A DNA stretch of 64,000 bases from a virus. Positions 20,226 through 31,500 of this stretch are shown here, piece by piece. Position 1 is the stretch's first letter, and each line of letters starts with the position of its first letter. The notes under the pieces are model-generated. The model had not been told where the DNA came from and made no database searches. It was given only the letters and a program-made list of their open reading frames with translations. The stretch lies in IMG/VR virus record IMGVR_UViG_3300047496_000382, one strand, 5' to 3'. The translations under genes and the position numbers were made by a program.

Positions 20226-20751
20226 GGTCTTTCTCCTCTGGCCACCAGATGTACGAGCGCGGTTCTTCCGTGCCCACGGGTTCGAATCCCAACTTCTCGA
20301 GCTTCCATCCGAAGCGCGGGTCCAAGACGTTCTCGACGTAGATGGGCAACGTCGGGTGCTCTGCGCGGATGCGCTGGACCAGGCGCGTGAATACGCCCGT
20401 GCCTCGCTTCTTCTCCGCAACAGTGACGTTGGCGATGTCGAGCATCGGCGTGCCCGGGTAGTGCTTGTCGGCACCAACGCTGATTTGCCTGTGTGACTTG
20501 CGCACGTAGAGCCCCTCGAAGTCGGGCTCCTTCACGTACTCGTTGCGCAGGCTGTCGGTGCGGAGGAAGCGTTCGAGCGTCGGCTGGCGCCAGTGACTGT
20601 GCCGCATCGACGGCAGGTGCTTCGGACGCTCGCCAGCCTCCACACGCTCCTTCATCCAGTTTGCCCGGCAGGCCGAGCACTGCATACAGTTGCCGCCGCA
20701 CGCAAGGTGACCACACCACGCGCACCGCAGCCGTTTCACCTGGTCCGCCAC
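20182..20751 (-). CDS. GNAT-fold acetyltransferase-like protein with N-terminal Cys cluster
   Basis: LDIANVTVAEKKRGTGVFTRLV (motif A) ... VENV...LEKLGF. Confidence 0.65.
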   Translation of the reverse strand: MADQVKRLRCAWCGHLACGGNCMQCSACRANWMKERVEAGERPKHLPSMRHSHWRQPTLERFLRTDSLRNEYVKEPDFEGLYVRKSHRQISVGADKHYPGTPMLDIANVTVAEKKRGTGVFTRLVQRIRAEHPTLPIYVENVLDPRFGWKLEKLGFEPVGTEEPRSYIWWPEEKDRARGIEVRTRRSRS

Positions 20752-22081
20752 TGCTGCAGGAGCTCAGGGAAATGCTCAACTGCGAAGAAGCCGGCCGCTG
20801 CAGCAACCGCACAGATGAACACGAAACGTGCGATGAGGAAGGTCATCTCGCTTTCTTCTGCGCATTTCGAACAGGCCATGTCCTCGCTGAATTCCACACG
20901 ATGACGGCGACATTCCGGGCGCGCACCGTCGGGGTCATCTTCAGGCATCGATAGTTCTCCTCGACACACAGCTGCACGTGCCGCTGGTGTCCTTGCAGTT
21001 GAGACAGACGAGTTCGACAACGCGGAGTAGGAACTGTTCTCGCTCCCCCGCGGTCATGTCCTGCAGCGCATCGTGGAATCGCTGGACCTCTGTCGAGACG
21101 AGGTGCTCGCGCCGCCACACTTCGCACGCGTTGAGCGTGCAAGTTCTATTCGGCGCAACGGTGATGACCTTGCAGCATCGACAGCGGAAGAGCGTCTTGC
21201 CGCTGGGCGAGGTCCTTGATTGCGGGAGAGTCTCCCAGCGCTCTCGCCACGTCTCATCAGGTTCTGGGCGAATGCTCATGTAGTCGTGCACCTCTCCACA
21301 GACGATGCAGCACGGCTTGGCGTCCAGCTCGTCGGTCGCGAAGACAGGTGTGACCTCTTCGTCTTCCACGTCGACACTGTCGGGCAAGCAGCCCGTGCAG
21401 TAGTACGCCTCGTGGTACCAGACGACCTGGAAGTCATGTCCCTTCATCAGGCTTCTCCGGTCGGAAGAAGGCGCGTGTCCCTGCCTGGACTTGTTTCATG
21501 TCGCGCTTCTCGTAATCGCTCGGCAGTGTCAGTGGGGCCGTCGCCGCCTGGAACCACGCGGGGTCTCTCTTGAGGTCTTCGAGGAGGTTATTGTCGAAGT
21601 AGTGGCCGCGCAGCGTTTTGTCCGACACGAGTCCGACCATCTGCAGCTCGACGCTCAGGAGCTGGTCGCGCCACCAGTCGTCTGCGCTCACGGCAGGCCA
21701 GGCATCAAGCACCTTGTCTTTGCCGACGCACGGAGGCTGCGCCACCCAGACACGGACGGTGGAGTCCCGTGCCCTTTGTTCTTGTTCCCGTTCCTTGACC
21801 GAACTGTCCGTCAGCTCGATGTTCGGCACAGGCAGCCCGATGGCCTCACAGAGCTTCTTCGCCTCTGCCTCTTGGAAGGTGCGGAAGTTGATGCCATCTG
21901 GGGCGCAAAGCATTGGCATGAACGGGATGGCGGCCATCAACGAGAAGGTGTCGCCCTTCTTGATGAAGCCGCCGGAAGGAAGGGATGAGAAGCGCACTTC
22001 CAGCTTTCGCGATGACGCACTCAGCAGCTGCGTGTGAACCAGCATCTCCAAGACCTTCCTGACGAGCGGTGTCTGCGCCAT
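20736..22081 (-). other. Three hypothetical CDS (20736-20948, 20941-21447, 21434-22081)
   Basis: Coupled ORFs. Confidence 0.6.
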
Positions 22082-22503
22082 CACTTGTGCTGCCAGAACT
22101 CCATCTTCTTCTTGGACAGCGTGCTCGGTCCATAGTTGATGAAGAGCTCGTCACCGGCGACGATGCGCTTGCGCGCCCGGAACGTGATGAGCTCGCTGCG
22201 CTTGTCCATCGCGAACTCGAGGTTCGGCGTCGCACTGTGGTTGTAGAGCGAGCCGAAGCCGAGAGCCAGCGCGTCGTAGACGTCCGACCAGGCGAAGACG
22301 TAGTAGTACGCTTTCGTCTGCTCCGTCTGGTCCCGCGATGGCAGGAGGAGAACGGGCGCCTCCTCGACGAGCGCACCCTTCTCGTAGTTGACCAGCGCGA
22401 AGACGCCGCGCCCGTGCGTAGGGCTGACGCCAACGCGGATGCCGCAGGCCGGCAACACCGAGTGGAGTGGTGTGCCGTCCGCCATTCTCTTCGCGCGGGC
22501 CAT
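22081..22503 (-). CDS. SET-domain (protein lysine) methyltransferase
   Basis: SPTHGRGVFA, GFGSLYNHSATPN, IVAGDELFINYG. Confidence 0.92.
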   Translation of the reverse strand: MARAKRMADGTPLHSVLPACGIRVGVSPTHGRGVFALVNYEKGALVEEAPVLLLPSRDQTEQTKAYYYVFAWSDVYDALALGFGSLYNHSATPNLEFAMDKRSELITFRARKRIVAGDELFINYGPSTLSKKKMEFWQHK

Positions 22504-24381
22504 CAGGTCTTCCGCTCGCTGAGCGCGTGCTTGAAGGACTCCTGAAGGCGCAGGACAACAACGCTCTGCGGCAGCTTTCGCCAGTTGAAGGCGGTGTCGT
22601 CGAGAAGGAGCCCGAGGCCGTGGATGATGGTCGCGATTTCACTCGCCGTGCAGCAGAAGGTCACCTCGCACATGCGCCTGGGGTCGGCACCCTCGAGCTT
22701 CTGCTTGACGCCCGCGAGGAAGACTAGCTCCGCCTGGCTGAGCTCTTGGTGGACAGGGGGGTACTCAAGCTTTTTGAGCAGCACCGAAACTTCTTCTAGT
22801 TCTAGGTCGAGCTTGGGCATCTACTGTTTCTCCAATGCGTCGGTGAGTACCTTCGCCAGGCTGTCGACCGCGTCTCTGTCGTCTTGGTCGTTGTCGCGAT
22901 TCTCCGTGAACCCGGAGAGAACACTGAGACAAGCCTCCAGCTGGAACGCCATCAGGCGGTAGCCATCGAGGTTGATGGTCCGCTTCCTGGCCGCTTGGTG
23001 GAGCTTCTTCTGCAGCTCCGCATCCAGGCGACCGGCGCTCTTTGTCTTGAGGCACTCCATCAACCGACCGAGTTCCTCCTCGGTCACATCAAGTCTGGGC
23101 ATCGGTCTTCTCCTTCTCGCCGGGCTTCAGGTACGACAACATCCCCGTGAGCTTGTCACGCATGGACGTCTCTTCTGGAGACATCTCGAAGCCTTCGTGC
23201 GCCGTCGAGAGGTTCTTGATGAGCAGGCGCACCTCCTCGAAGGAAAAGCGCGGATGGAACAACCACTTCGCCGCAATCTTCGCGACGGCCTCCGGACGCA
23301 ATGTGAAGACGTGTTTGTCGAGGTCGTCACCGACCAGCCAGCCATCGCGCGCAGCACGAACCCAGTCCGGCTTGCAGAAGGGATTGCGCATCAAGTTGTA
23401 GAGCCACCCTTCGTGGCCGTACTTCTGCATCACCTCGCCGAGCTCCTTGCTAGGCAGAGAGCGCCACGTGTTGGTGGTCTTCTGGAGCGCGAAGACGATG
23501 ATTGCCGCCGAGAGCTCGGTCTCTGCAGAGCCCAGCGTGTCGACGAACGGAATGGGCGCGAGGTAGAGCTCGGACGGGTAGCAGTAGATGCCGTTGTTCA
23601 TCATTTCCTCTTGTTGCCGCTGGCGGCGGTACTCATCCAAGAACTCGTCAGACAGCTCGCGCGGTGGGAACTTCTGGCGTACCAGGGCGTTCACCAGCCG
23701 GTTCTCGTGTATGTGGCGGGTCATCTGCATCGCGAGCACCACGCGCCCCTCTTTCGAGAGCAGCTTCTTCTCGAACTCTTTGTCAGCCATGCTCAGTCCT
23801 CGTCAGGAAGGATGTCGTCGAGAGCGATGGCGAGCTCTTGGTACAGCTCGCGCTCACGGATGGAGTCGCTGATGTGCGGACTGGTCCTGTTGGTGATGCA
23901 GGCCTCGGTCCACTCCTTGAGCGAGGCGATGATTCGCGCGCACATTCGGAGGCTTCGCCTCGGAGGGAGGTTCGTCGTCTCCGCGTAGGAACGAGAAAAC
24001 CGCGGCTGGTAACCGCGGCTTTCTCTGGACAGTCCGGAGTAGTTCGACCGACTCGTTGACAGCGTCGCAGTCCGCGGTCCGGCCGCGTGCCTCCAAGACC
24101 ACCCGCTTCGCAGCGTGTGCAGGATGGGCGCAGCGTGAGACAACGTCAACGTGTCCTTGCACGCAAGGAGGCAGCCCCATGGTCTGCACTTCATCGCGCT
24201 GTCGCTGCGGGCAGCGGCGCAGCGCATCACGAACCAAGTCCGCTGCAGCATCGTCAGTCTCGAAGCGCGCGCACTCATCGCACCTCTCGACGTAGGCGAA
24301 GTCCGTGCGCCCACTGGACGCCATCGGGAAGACCGCACCGGGCACCAGCGCCATGCGGCAGTACTCACACCAACGCGGCAT
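22503..24381 (-). other. Hypothetical CDS 22503-22820, 22821-23102, 23089-23790, 23854-24381 (plus a possible ~50-aa ORF ending at 23793)
   Basis: ORF track; SD GGAGG before 24381. Confidence 0.6.
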
Positions 24382-24441
24382 GAATCCTCCAGAACGACGA
24401 GCTTCCCAGCCCGCGGGATGCGGAGGGGCGTCGTCACTTCT

Positions 24442-24470
24442 CTTATGCCCTGGAGGGCGTTGTGGTTGCT
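24442..24470 (-). promoter_or_regulatory. Phage-class promoter CAAC-N17-CATAAG
   Basis: Exact spacing; intergenic. Confidence 0.7.
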
Positions 24471-24627
24471 AGTAGACGCCGGTGGCCCGACAGTTGTGGA
24501 ACGAGCCCACGACCACCCGAAAGCCGTAGCGCTTGAAGAACGCCAACCAGCGAGCGCCCGGGAGCGGGAACACGAGGCGCCCGTAGCTCCAGGTGGTGTG
24601 GTGCACGCAGTCGGTAGGCAGGTTCAT
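24469..24627 (-). CDS. 52-aa protein translationally coupled to the glycosyltransferase
   Basis: TGATG overlap; MNLPTDCVHHTTWSYGRLVFPLPGARWLAFFKRYG...; below the ORF-track cutoff. Confidence 0.55.
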   Translation of the reverse strand: MNLPTDCVHHTTWSYGRLVFPLPGARWLAFFKRYGFRVVVGSFHNCRATGVY

Positions 24628-25616
24628 CACTCGTCCCGCAAGTCGTCTTCGAGCCGCGCGCGGTTGTAGTTGCGGATGGCGATTTCGAGCTGGGGCTTGT
24701 TTCCCTTCAGGCGCACGAGGCCGCTCTCGTCCCAGATGAGGTCCGTGTCGGGGTCGAACTGGTGCTCGGCGAGCGCCTTCCAGCGGCTCTCGTACTTGCG
24801 GTTCGGACGCCCACCGTGGAAGTTGTGCTCGATGTGCCCGTACGAGCAGCCGACCTCACCGTGCGTGAGCTGCAGCGCGCGGTCCTGCCACTCGAGGATG
24901 CGGCGGCGGTAGCCGCCGTTGATGGTGCTGTTAAGGCTCTTGCCGCCCTCGCCGATGGCCGAGTACGCCATGTGCCAGTCGCCGGCGCCGAGGATGGCGA
25001 AGTCCATCAGCCCGCCGACGCGCTCGTAGAACTTGCGCGTGCACGCCCAGGCGTAGCCGGTGTGACCGTTGCCGTAGGGGCCATCGAGCCGCAGCTGGTC
25101 GTGTCGAAGCCCGCGCGATTGGCAGACGTAGCCGAAGCTGTTGACCATGCGCTGCGCGCGCCCACGGAAGCCGAGGTCGACAGCGCTCTCCCACGGCTGG
25201 ATGAGGTGGAAGTGCTGGAGCTGGTGCATCGCCTCGAGCGCCCACTTCGGGTCTCGGAAGAGGATGTCCATGTCGACCCAAGCGAGGTACTTCCAGTCGC
25301 GCGGAAGCAGATGCTTCACACCGAGGTTCACCATCGACTCCTTTATCCAGCACTGGCTCTCAGTGCGCAGATGCAGGTGCCGCGAGTGTCCCATCTCGAC
25401 GATTTCGTGATGCCTGTCGCCGTACGCCGTTTCGACGACGTAGGCCGCCACGTTGGGCGTCTCTTCCATCTGCGCGACCCAATCGCGCGCATGTCGGTAG
25501 CGCGCCTGGAAGCGCTCCGGGTTCGAGACCACACCGATGACGTGCAACGTGCTGTCGGTGACCAGGTCTGGATGTCTGACGTGCTGAACGAGGTGCTCTC
25601 GGTGCGTGCTGCTCAT
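24627..25616 (-). CDS. GT-A fold glycosyltransferase-like protein
   Basis: WIKESMVNLG...YLAWVDMDILF (DxD), HTGYAWA...GGLMDFAILGAGD, H..HG C-terminal motif. Confidence 0.7.
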   Translation of the reverse strand: MSSTHREHLVQHVRHPDLVTDSTLHVIGVVSNPERFQARYRHARDWVAQMEETPNVAAYVVETAYGDRHHEIVEMGHSRHLHLRTESQCWIKESMVNLGVKHLLPRDWKYLAWVDMDILFRDPKWALEAMHQLQHFHLIQPWESAVDLGFRGRAQRMVNSFGYVCQSRGLRHDQLRLDGPYGNGHTGYAWACTRKFYERVGGLMDFAILGAGDWHMAYSAIGEGGKSLNSTINGGYRRRILEWQDRALQLTHGEVGCSYGHIEHNFHGGRPNRKYESRWKALAEHQFDPDTDLIWDESGLVRLKGNKPQLEIAIRNYNRARLEDDLRDE

Positions 25617-25639
25617 GTCCCCTGAACCTCCGGCAGGAG

Positions 25640-25668
25640 ACAGTAGCGCCCGTGCCGCGGCTTGTCAT
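25640..25668 (-). promoter_or_regulatory. sigma70-like promoter ATGACA-N17-TACTGT
   Basis: Canonical spacing; SD GGAGG downstream. Confidence 0.55.
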
Positions 25669-25690
25669 GTGACTACTGCGTGCTGCGCGT

Positions 25691-27427
25691 TTAGAAGCTC
25701 GGGGTCGAGAAGCGCGCACCCGTCGTTAGGTCCAGCGCGGCGTAGACGCCGTCGGTCGAGAAGTTCGCAGTGAGCTGCGCCCACGTCGTACAAGCCTGTG
25801 CGGGCAACGTTGGAACACCCGACACAAGAGGCGGAAGAGACGTCTTACCCCCGATGGACAGTTCTGTTGTTCCGGTGATTGTCGGAACAACGCCGAAGTC
25901 TGCCTGCACATTCGCGCCGGAATCAACGGCCAATCCGACGTCGTTGCCCGCGCCGAAGATAGTTGCCCCGCTGAAGAACTGCACAGTTGCGCCCTGACCG
26001 GCGAACATCCCACCTGGTGTATTTGCAGACCCGAGGTGCGCACCGAAGATGCTCAGACGTCCAGAGATGTCGAGCAGGGAGTTACCCCCATAGACGGCAT
26101 AACCGCCACCTGCAGCACCGCTTCCGAAGAAGGCGGTGTCATGCGTCTCAACTGTCGCGCCAGTGACCTCCAACAGGCAGTTGAAGAAAGTGCAGCCCGC
26201 GAACGCCCAGTACCCAAGGTTGACCTTGAAGAGGCCGCCATCGATAGTCGAGGTAGTGATGCAGCCCAAAAGGTTGCCTCCGGACCCGAAGGGCGTGCCG
26301 GTGATTTCGCATCCTTGAAAGATGTCGTCGTTGACGTTCTCAAGGCCAACGAGGGGACGCACCTTCACGTTTGAATAGATGACCTGCGTGTTCTGCGCAT
26401 GCGAGCATGTGCGGTTGATTTGCACGGGGTCAACGAACTGCACCGTGTCGCCTGGCTGCGGATTGTCCAGCACTCCAGACGTCGGGACAACCCACTCCCC
26501 CGTCAAGTAGGACAGAAGACCGCCGCCAGTGAGATAGCCGACACAACGCACCGCGGGGCCGGCCCCAACAAGACAAATGACCTTCTGATAGCTGGTACCC
26601 AGCGGCGGTCCCGCCCCTACGAAGGCGATGGTGTTGGCGAGTGGCCCGGCGCCGGGTGTGTAGCTCGAAACAATTTGCGTGCTATCGACGTTGACCTGCC
26701 CTTGAAGGGTAAGCGTGATGAACGACAACGCCGGGTCGGCGCTCTGGAAGAGCCACATCGGTCGGTCTGCCCCCGGAAGGTCAGACAGGATGGTGATGGT
26801 GGTGCTTTGATAGAACTCACCAGACGTTCGGCGGTCAATCTCCGCCATCGTGCGAACAGGCGAACCTGGGTGTCCGTTCGCTTCGTCATTGCCTGAAGCA
26901 GGGTCCACCGTCCAAGAAGCCTGTGACTGCCATGTGACCGAGGGGATAGGCACCCAAATCCAGAAGCCACTCGTCGACACATCAGCGAAGACTGTTGTCG
27001 GGCCAACAACCGCGCCTGCTGGAAGTGCACCAGGGCTCCACTTGAACCACCTATCAAGCGACGCAACAAAGGCCTGCTGCCCTGCCCGAAGACCCGAAGC
27101 GTCCACGGCGGCAAGTCCGGCCACGTTCGCAAATGAGTACGACACTGGCGTCGTGGACAAGTTGACCGGTGTCCATGTCACCAAGTCGGCTGAGAGCTTG
27201 TAGAGCTGCGCCGGCGAACCGGGCTGCGACTCATCAGCAACAACGAGCGCGTGGCTGTTTAGTTTGCGCGTCGCAGGGATGATGGTCGTTCCATCTGTCA
27301 GCGAAGCAAAGGTAGGAACAGGGCGCAGCCCTCCCTTGAACCAGATGTCTTCCAGAAGGTACTTGTCCCCTCCACCGAGCGGCTCGAGGAACGAACTGAC
27401 GAGTGTGGCGCCGGGCGTATTGGGCAT
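25691..27427 (-). CDS. Fibre/spike-like virion protein (578 aa, beta-helix-like)
   Basis: SGNDEANG...PVRTMAEI motif typical of parallel beta-helix N-termini; G/S/T-rich. Confidence 0.6.
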   Translation of the reverse strand: MPNTPGATLVSSFLEPLGGGDKYLLEDIWFKGGLRPVPTFASLTDGTTIIPATRKLNSHALVVADESQPGSPAQLYKLSADLVTWTPVNLSTTPVSYSFANVAGLAAVDASGLRAGQQAFVASLDRWFKWSPGALPAGAVVGPTTVFADVSTSGFWIWVPIPSVTWQSQASWTVDPASGNDEANGHPGSPVRTMAEIDRRTSGEFYQSTTITILSDLPGADRPMWLFQSADPALSFITLTLQGQVNVDSTQIVSSYTPGAGPLANTIAFVGAGPPLGTSYQKVICLVGAGPAVRCVGYLTGGGLLSYLTGEWVVPTSGVLDNPQPGDTVQFVDPVQINRTCSHAQNTQVIYSNVKVRPLVGLENVNDDIFQGCEITGTPFGSGGNLLGCITTSTIDGGLFKVNLGYWAFAGCTFFNCLLEVTGATVETHDTAFFGSGAAGGGYAVYGGNSLLDISGRLSIFGAHLGSANTPGGMFAGQGATVQFFSGATIFGAGNDVGLAVDSGANVQADFGVVPTITGTTELSIGGKTSLPPLVSGVPTLPAQACTTWAQLTANFSTDGVYAALDLTTGARFSTPSF

Positions 27428-27428
27428 C

Positions 27429-28355
27429 TCACACCCCCTTCATGTTGATGGGACCGAGGCCGAAGTTGAACGTACGGTTGAGGATGTACACCACGTCAAT
27501 CCCGTTTGTAGGAACTACAACACTTCCAACTTGGATGACGCCGCCTGGGTACAAGGGCGACCCTGGATTCGGGTAAACGAACCAGTTGGACGGTGTACCG
27601 AGCGGGACTGGGATGGCGACAAAGCCGTAGTTCGAGGCACCGGTATCCATCTGCGCGTCGATGCCATAGCTCGTTTGAAGACTGTTCGCGCCGAGGCCCG
27701 TCACGAACGCCGCGTCGTAGGAACCCGGGTCAACGGATGCACCATAGTAGATGCGCGCACCGGCAATGGTTTGCCCGACTGCCGTCTTGGTGTCCGCCCC
27801 GAACACAGCAGAAAGGGTGAAGACCTCTGTGCCCAATACCGCCGGAATGGAGATGAGCGTGCCATAGTTCCAGCTCGTGAAAGGCGTCGAGAGTGCCTGC
27901 GCAGGCGGATGGCCAGCGCGCAGCACCGACACGCTGTCTGGCGTCCCTGCGTAGCTCGCTGTTCCTGTCGCCGCGAATGAAGCGCCGACCTCAACTAGGG
28001 AAGGCAGCACACTCCACTCCGTGATGCCGAGGGCAGGCACCGAACCCGGAACGGCAAAGACAATCTTCGAGCCGTCCCAGGTCAGCACACTTCCTGGTGG
28101 TCGGGTCGCGAAGGACACGGGGTCAAAGGGAAGACCGAGGGCTGCAACCACGCGCGCGACGCCAGAAGTAACAGTCACATCTCCGCTGGTGATGCCGCCT
28201 AGTGCCATCGCAAAGACGGCGTCGAAGGCGCTCCCGAGCTCCTGCCGCAGCTCATAGAAAAGACCGCCCCACCCTTGGCCTGGCTTCACCAGGCTCACGG
28301 ACGAAGCAGTCAGCTTGCTGCTACTCGGCTTCGACGAGAAGAACGGGTTGCCCAT
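27429..28355 (-). CDS. Virion fibre/decoration protein (shares PGQGWGGLF N-terminus with 28557-31859)
   Basis: MGNPFF...KLTASSVSLVKPGQGWGGLFYELRQEL; leaderless TAGTCT at 28362-28367. Confidence 0.6.
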   Translation of the reverse strand: MGNPFFSSKPSSSKLTASSVSLVKPGQGWGGLFYELRQELGSAFDAVFAMALGGITSGDVTVTSGVARVVAALGLPFDPVSFATRPPGSVLTWDGSKIVFAVPGSVPALGITEWSVLPSLVEVGASFAATGTASYAGTPDSVSVLRAGHPPAQALSTPFTSWNYGTLISIPAVLGTEVFTLSAVFGADTKTAVGQTIAGARIYYGASVDPGSYDAAFVTGLGANSLQTSYGIDAQMDTGASNYGFVAIPVPLGTPSNWFVYPNPGSPLYPGGVIQVGSVVVPTNGIDVVYILNRTFNFGLGPINMKGV

Positions 28356-28398
28356 GCATCGAGACTACCACCGCACCGTGTTGGCCTGGAATCGACGC

Positions 28399-28542
28399 CT
28401 ACACCTTCCCCACCACACGACGCTCCATCGCGCCATTTTGCCCGACCTGGCGGAAGTACACCGTAGCAGGAGGAAGTGCTGCGAGCTGCTCCTTCGTGAG
28501 CAGCTTGCCCTTCTCGTCATAGAAGCGAACCGTGAAGTCCAT
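28399..28542 (-). CDS. 47-aa protein between fibre genes
   Basis: MDFTVRFYDEKGKLLTKEQLAALPPATVYFRQVGQNGAMERRVVGKV; fills the intergenic gap; not in track. Confidence 0.55.
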   Translation of the reverse strand: MDFTVRFYDEKGKLLTKEQLAALPPATVYFRQVGQNGAMERRVVGKV

Positions 28543-28556
28543 CTAATTTTTGCCTT

Positions 28557-31500
28557 TCACGCGACACGCCACCACTGCGTGCCATCAGACTCCAAGGTCA
28601 CCGATTGGTAGTCACCCATGAAGAAGTTGGGTGTTGCACCGTTGACCACGTTGTAGATGTTCTGCCCCCCACTGGTGAAAACTTGTAGCGAGCCCGTTCC
28701 CCCCTTTGTGATGCGAACGCGCGGAAAGCCAAGCGTTGCGTCGGGAAGGTTGATGACGTTGGTGGCGACAAGATTCGCAGTGTACGAAATCCAATCCGCC
28801 GAATGCGCGGTGACAGTTGCGCCATCTACGGGGGTAACAGAGTTCCAACCCAGCGCACCGATGACGGGGGTGGGCCCCGTCAGTGTATCGAGCGACGGAT
28901 TCCGCCACACGCTCGAGAGCGCGTAGGGACACGTGCCCGTCTTGTTGATGGTGCCGAACGCAGCACCACCTTGGTAGAGCGTGCAGTGCGAGATAGTCAG
29001 CGAATCCGTACCGCTGTTCGTGGTCGAAACGATTGAAGGACAGAATCCACCTTCAATCGTCACTTTCCCGGCGGCGTGCGTGAGAAGCCCAAGCCCTTCG
29101 GTGTCGACAAGAAGAAGCGCGCAGTTCACCGTCGATTGCGTAATCGTCGCACCCCCTCGTGTGCGCCACATCGAGACCTGTGAATTCGCAGCAGGTGCTC
29201 CGCCGATACTAACGGGACCGCTGATGGTGCAGTCAGTGAACTCATGCCACCGAGCCCACGCACCCGTGAATTGGATGCCCCCACCACCCTCGAATCCAAC
29301 GTTCGAGAAGTAGTTGCGCCCTGCACTTGAGTCGATGAGGTCAGGCTGCGTGCCGCCTGGGTACGCGAACTTGATGTCTTTGACCCGCACGTGCGTCGCG
29401 GTGCCTGAAATCGTCAAGTTCCCGGTGACGACGATGTTCTGTGAATCCTTCGGCGTCGGTTGGAACGCCGCCAGATACAGACCCCCGTTGTAGTTGTTGA
29501 TGACGAGATTTTCATTGTACGTGCCGGCATGCACGATGATTGCGGCGTTCGCGACACCCAGCGCGATTGCCGCGTTGATGCCCGCCTGGATGGTCGTGTA
29601 CGGATGCGCGTAGCTGCCATCGGAGACACCAGAGTACGACCCCCAAACATGAACCTCCCAGTAGCCAACACCGGTGATGAACTTGCCCGTGCCGACAGGA
29701 GCGAGCGTGCTGTTGGCGTAACTCGCACCACGGAGGTCGACGGTGACGCCGTCACCTGCCGTGATGACGCTTGCGCCTGCGCCGTTGAAGAGGTTGCCGA
29801 ACAGCTTGGCACCACCCCAGTCGACTACAAGCCCTGCGGGGTCGGCAGTCTCGACCGCCAGCGCGCCGGCAATGGTGCCGCCACCGAGGCAGAAGAATGC
29901 CGGGCCAAGCATTGGCGCAGGAAAAGCCGTCATGTCGGGGAACTGCACCTGCGAGGCATTTCCTGGGCCAAAGACGGACCCGAGGAGGCCCTGCACGCCT
30001 ACGATGGGACCGATGTTGACCGCACCTGGTCCAAGTGTGTTGACCAGCGTAGCGCCGACCCAGGGTGCACCACGATTCGGCACGGTGATGTTCTCGAACG
30101 CCGTACTGACGTCGGTGTCGAGCGGGTAGCTCTCGATGTAATTGCACGTGCCGCTATCTGGGACGAAGATGACGGGTGTGCCCTGCGCCTGCACACCGTT
30201 GATGCTTGCGCCGTTACTGACTTGCACTGAACACAAGCCGTTCGCTGTGGGGGGCGCTCCTGGGCGGTAGTCAGCGCAAAATTGGATGACGCTGCCGATG
30301 CCCGCGTTCGGCCCGCTGACACTGAGCTGCCCATTCCAGACGCGAACACTCGGTCCGGTGCCGTTTGCATTGACGCCGACACCGTTGCCCGCGCTGCTGA
30401 TGAAGTTGACCTGCGCGCTCTTGATGTAGAGTGGAACCCCTGTGCCCGACGGATTCCCGCCCGCGTTGTTGATGTTGCAGTTGAGGAAGCAGACGTCACT
30501 GAACGCGCCCTCCTGTGATGCCGCGGCAGACCCGTCCAAGTGAACCGTATTCGACACAAGGTCTTGCGTGTTGAATCCGATGTCTTCGAACGAAATGTTG
30601 CTCGGAGGGTACGAGCCCATCGGCGTCGCACCGAGCTGCCAGAAAAAGGAGGGTCCTGACTGCGCGCCGATGTTGGTTGCGTTCGAGCCCGACCCCCGGA
30701 TGCGGATGTTGTTCGCGAGAGACAAAGGCCCCATCGAGAGGGACTCATTAGAGTAGCCCTCCGTGATACGGACCTCGTAACCGGAGTAGCCGAAACCGCC
30801 AGGAAGACGCGCAGCCGCATCTGCGGCCATGATGGCGTTCAGTGCCGACTGGATGAGGTTGAAGGGGTTGTTGAACGAGCCATCGCCGACGGGAGCTGGA
30901 CCTCCAAGACGCCCGCTGATGTCGACGAACCAGAGGCCCGGCACCATCCCGCCCTGTGCAAGCGGAAATAGGTTCACAGTGCCCTGCCAAGCACCCTCAT
31001 TCAGCGCCGACGCAGGCACTGTGTCGTCGTAGAAGACGTTCAACACGGGTCCAGGGCCAGCACTGAAGCTCGGCATCTGGAAGGGGTGCGTTGCGTCTGT
31101 CGGCAGGGCTTCTGTCACTACAACATTGAGCGTGCTGCCCGTGCCCCCGATGACTTGGGTGTTCCACGCACCCCCGTCCATGAGGTTCGGGAACGGGTTG
31201 TTGCACTTGTCGATGTAGAGGGTGAAGTCCGGGTTAGGAAAGATGCCCAGAGCAAGATTGTCGAAGTCACCCGCGCGTTGAATGCCTGCATTGTTTCTCA
31301 GCGAGAAGCGCGGACTGAACTCAGCGCCAACGTAGACCATGAACTCTGACGTCGAGTTGACGTTGACTACCAGCACTCCGTCGAGCTCGGCAGGCACGTA
31401 TAGAGCTCCCAACGACGGCCCTGCTGTATTGGGGTTGGTGCCGTTCACCGTTCCCAACACAGCGGGTGCGCTTGTTCCTGGTGCTGCGTGAAACACGGCA

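Noticed and set aside
20276-20292. GGG-TTCGAAT-CCC T-loop-like hairpin on the plus strand
   Set aside because: Lies inside the GNAT coding region (GFEP codons) with no acceptor or D arms.
23793-24000. Possible frameshift between ORFs 23854-24381 and 23793-24437
   Set aside because: Equally explained by a short overlapping gene starting at MCARII...; cannot be resolved without homologs.
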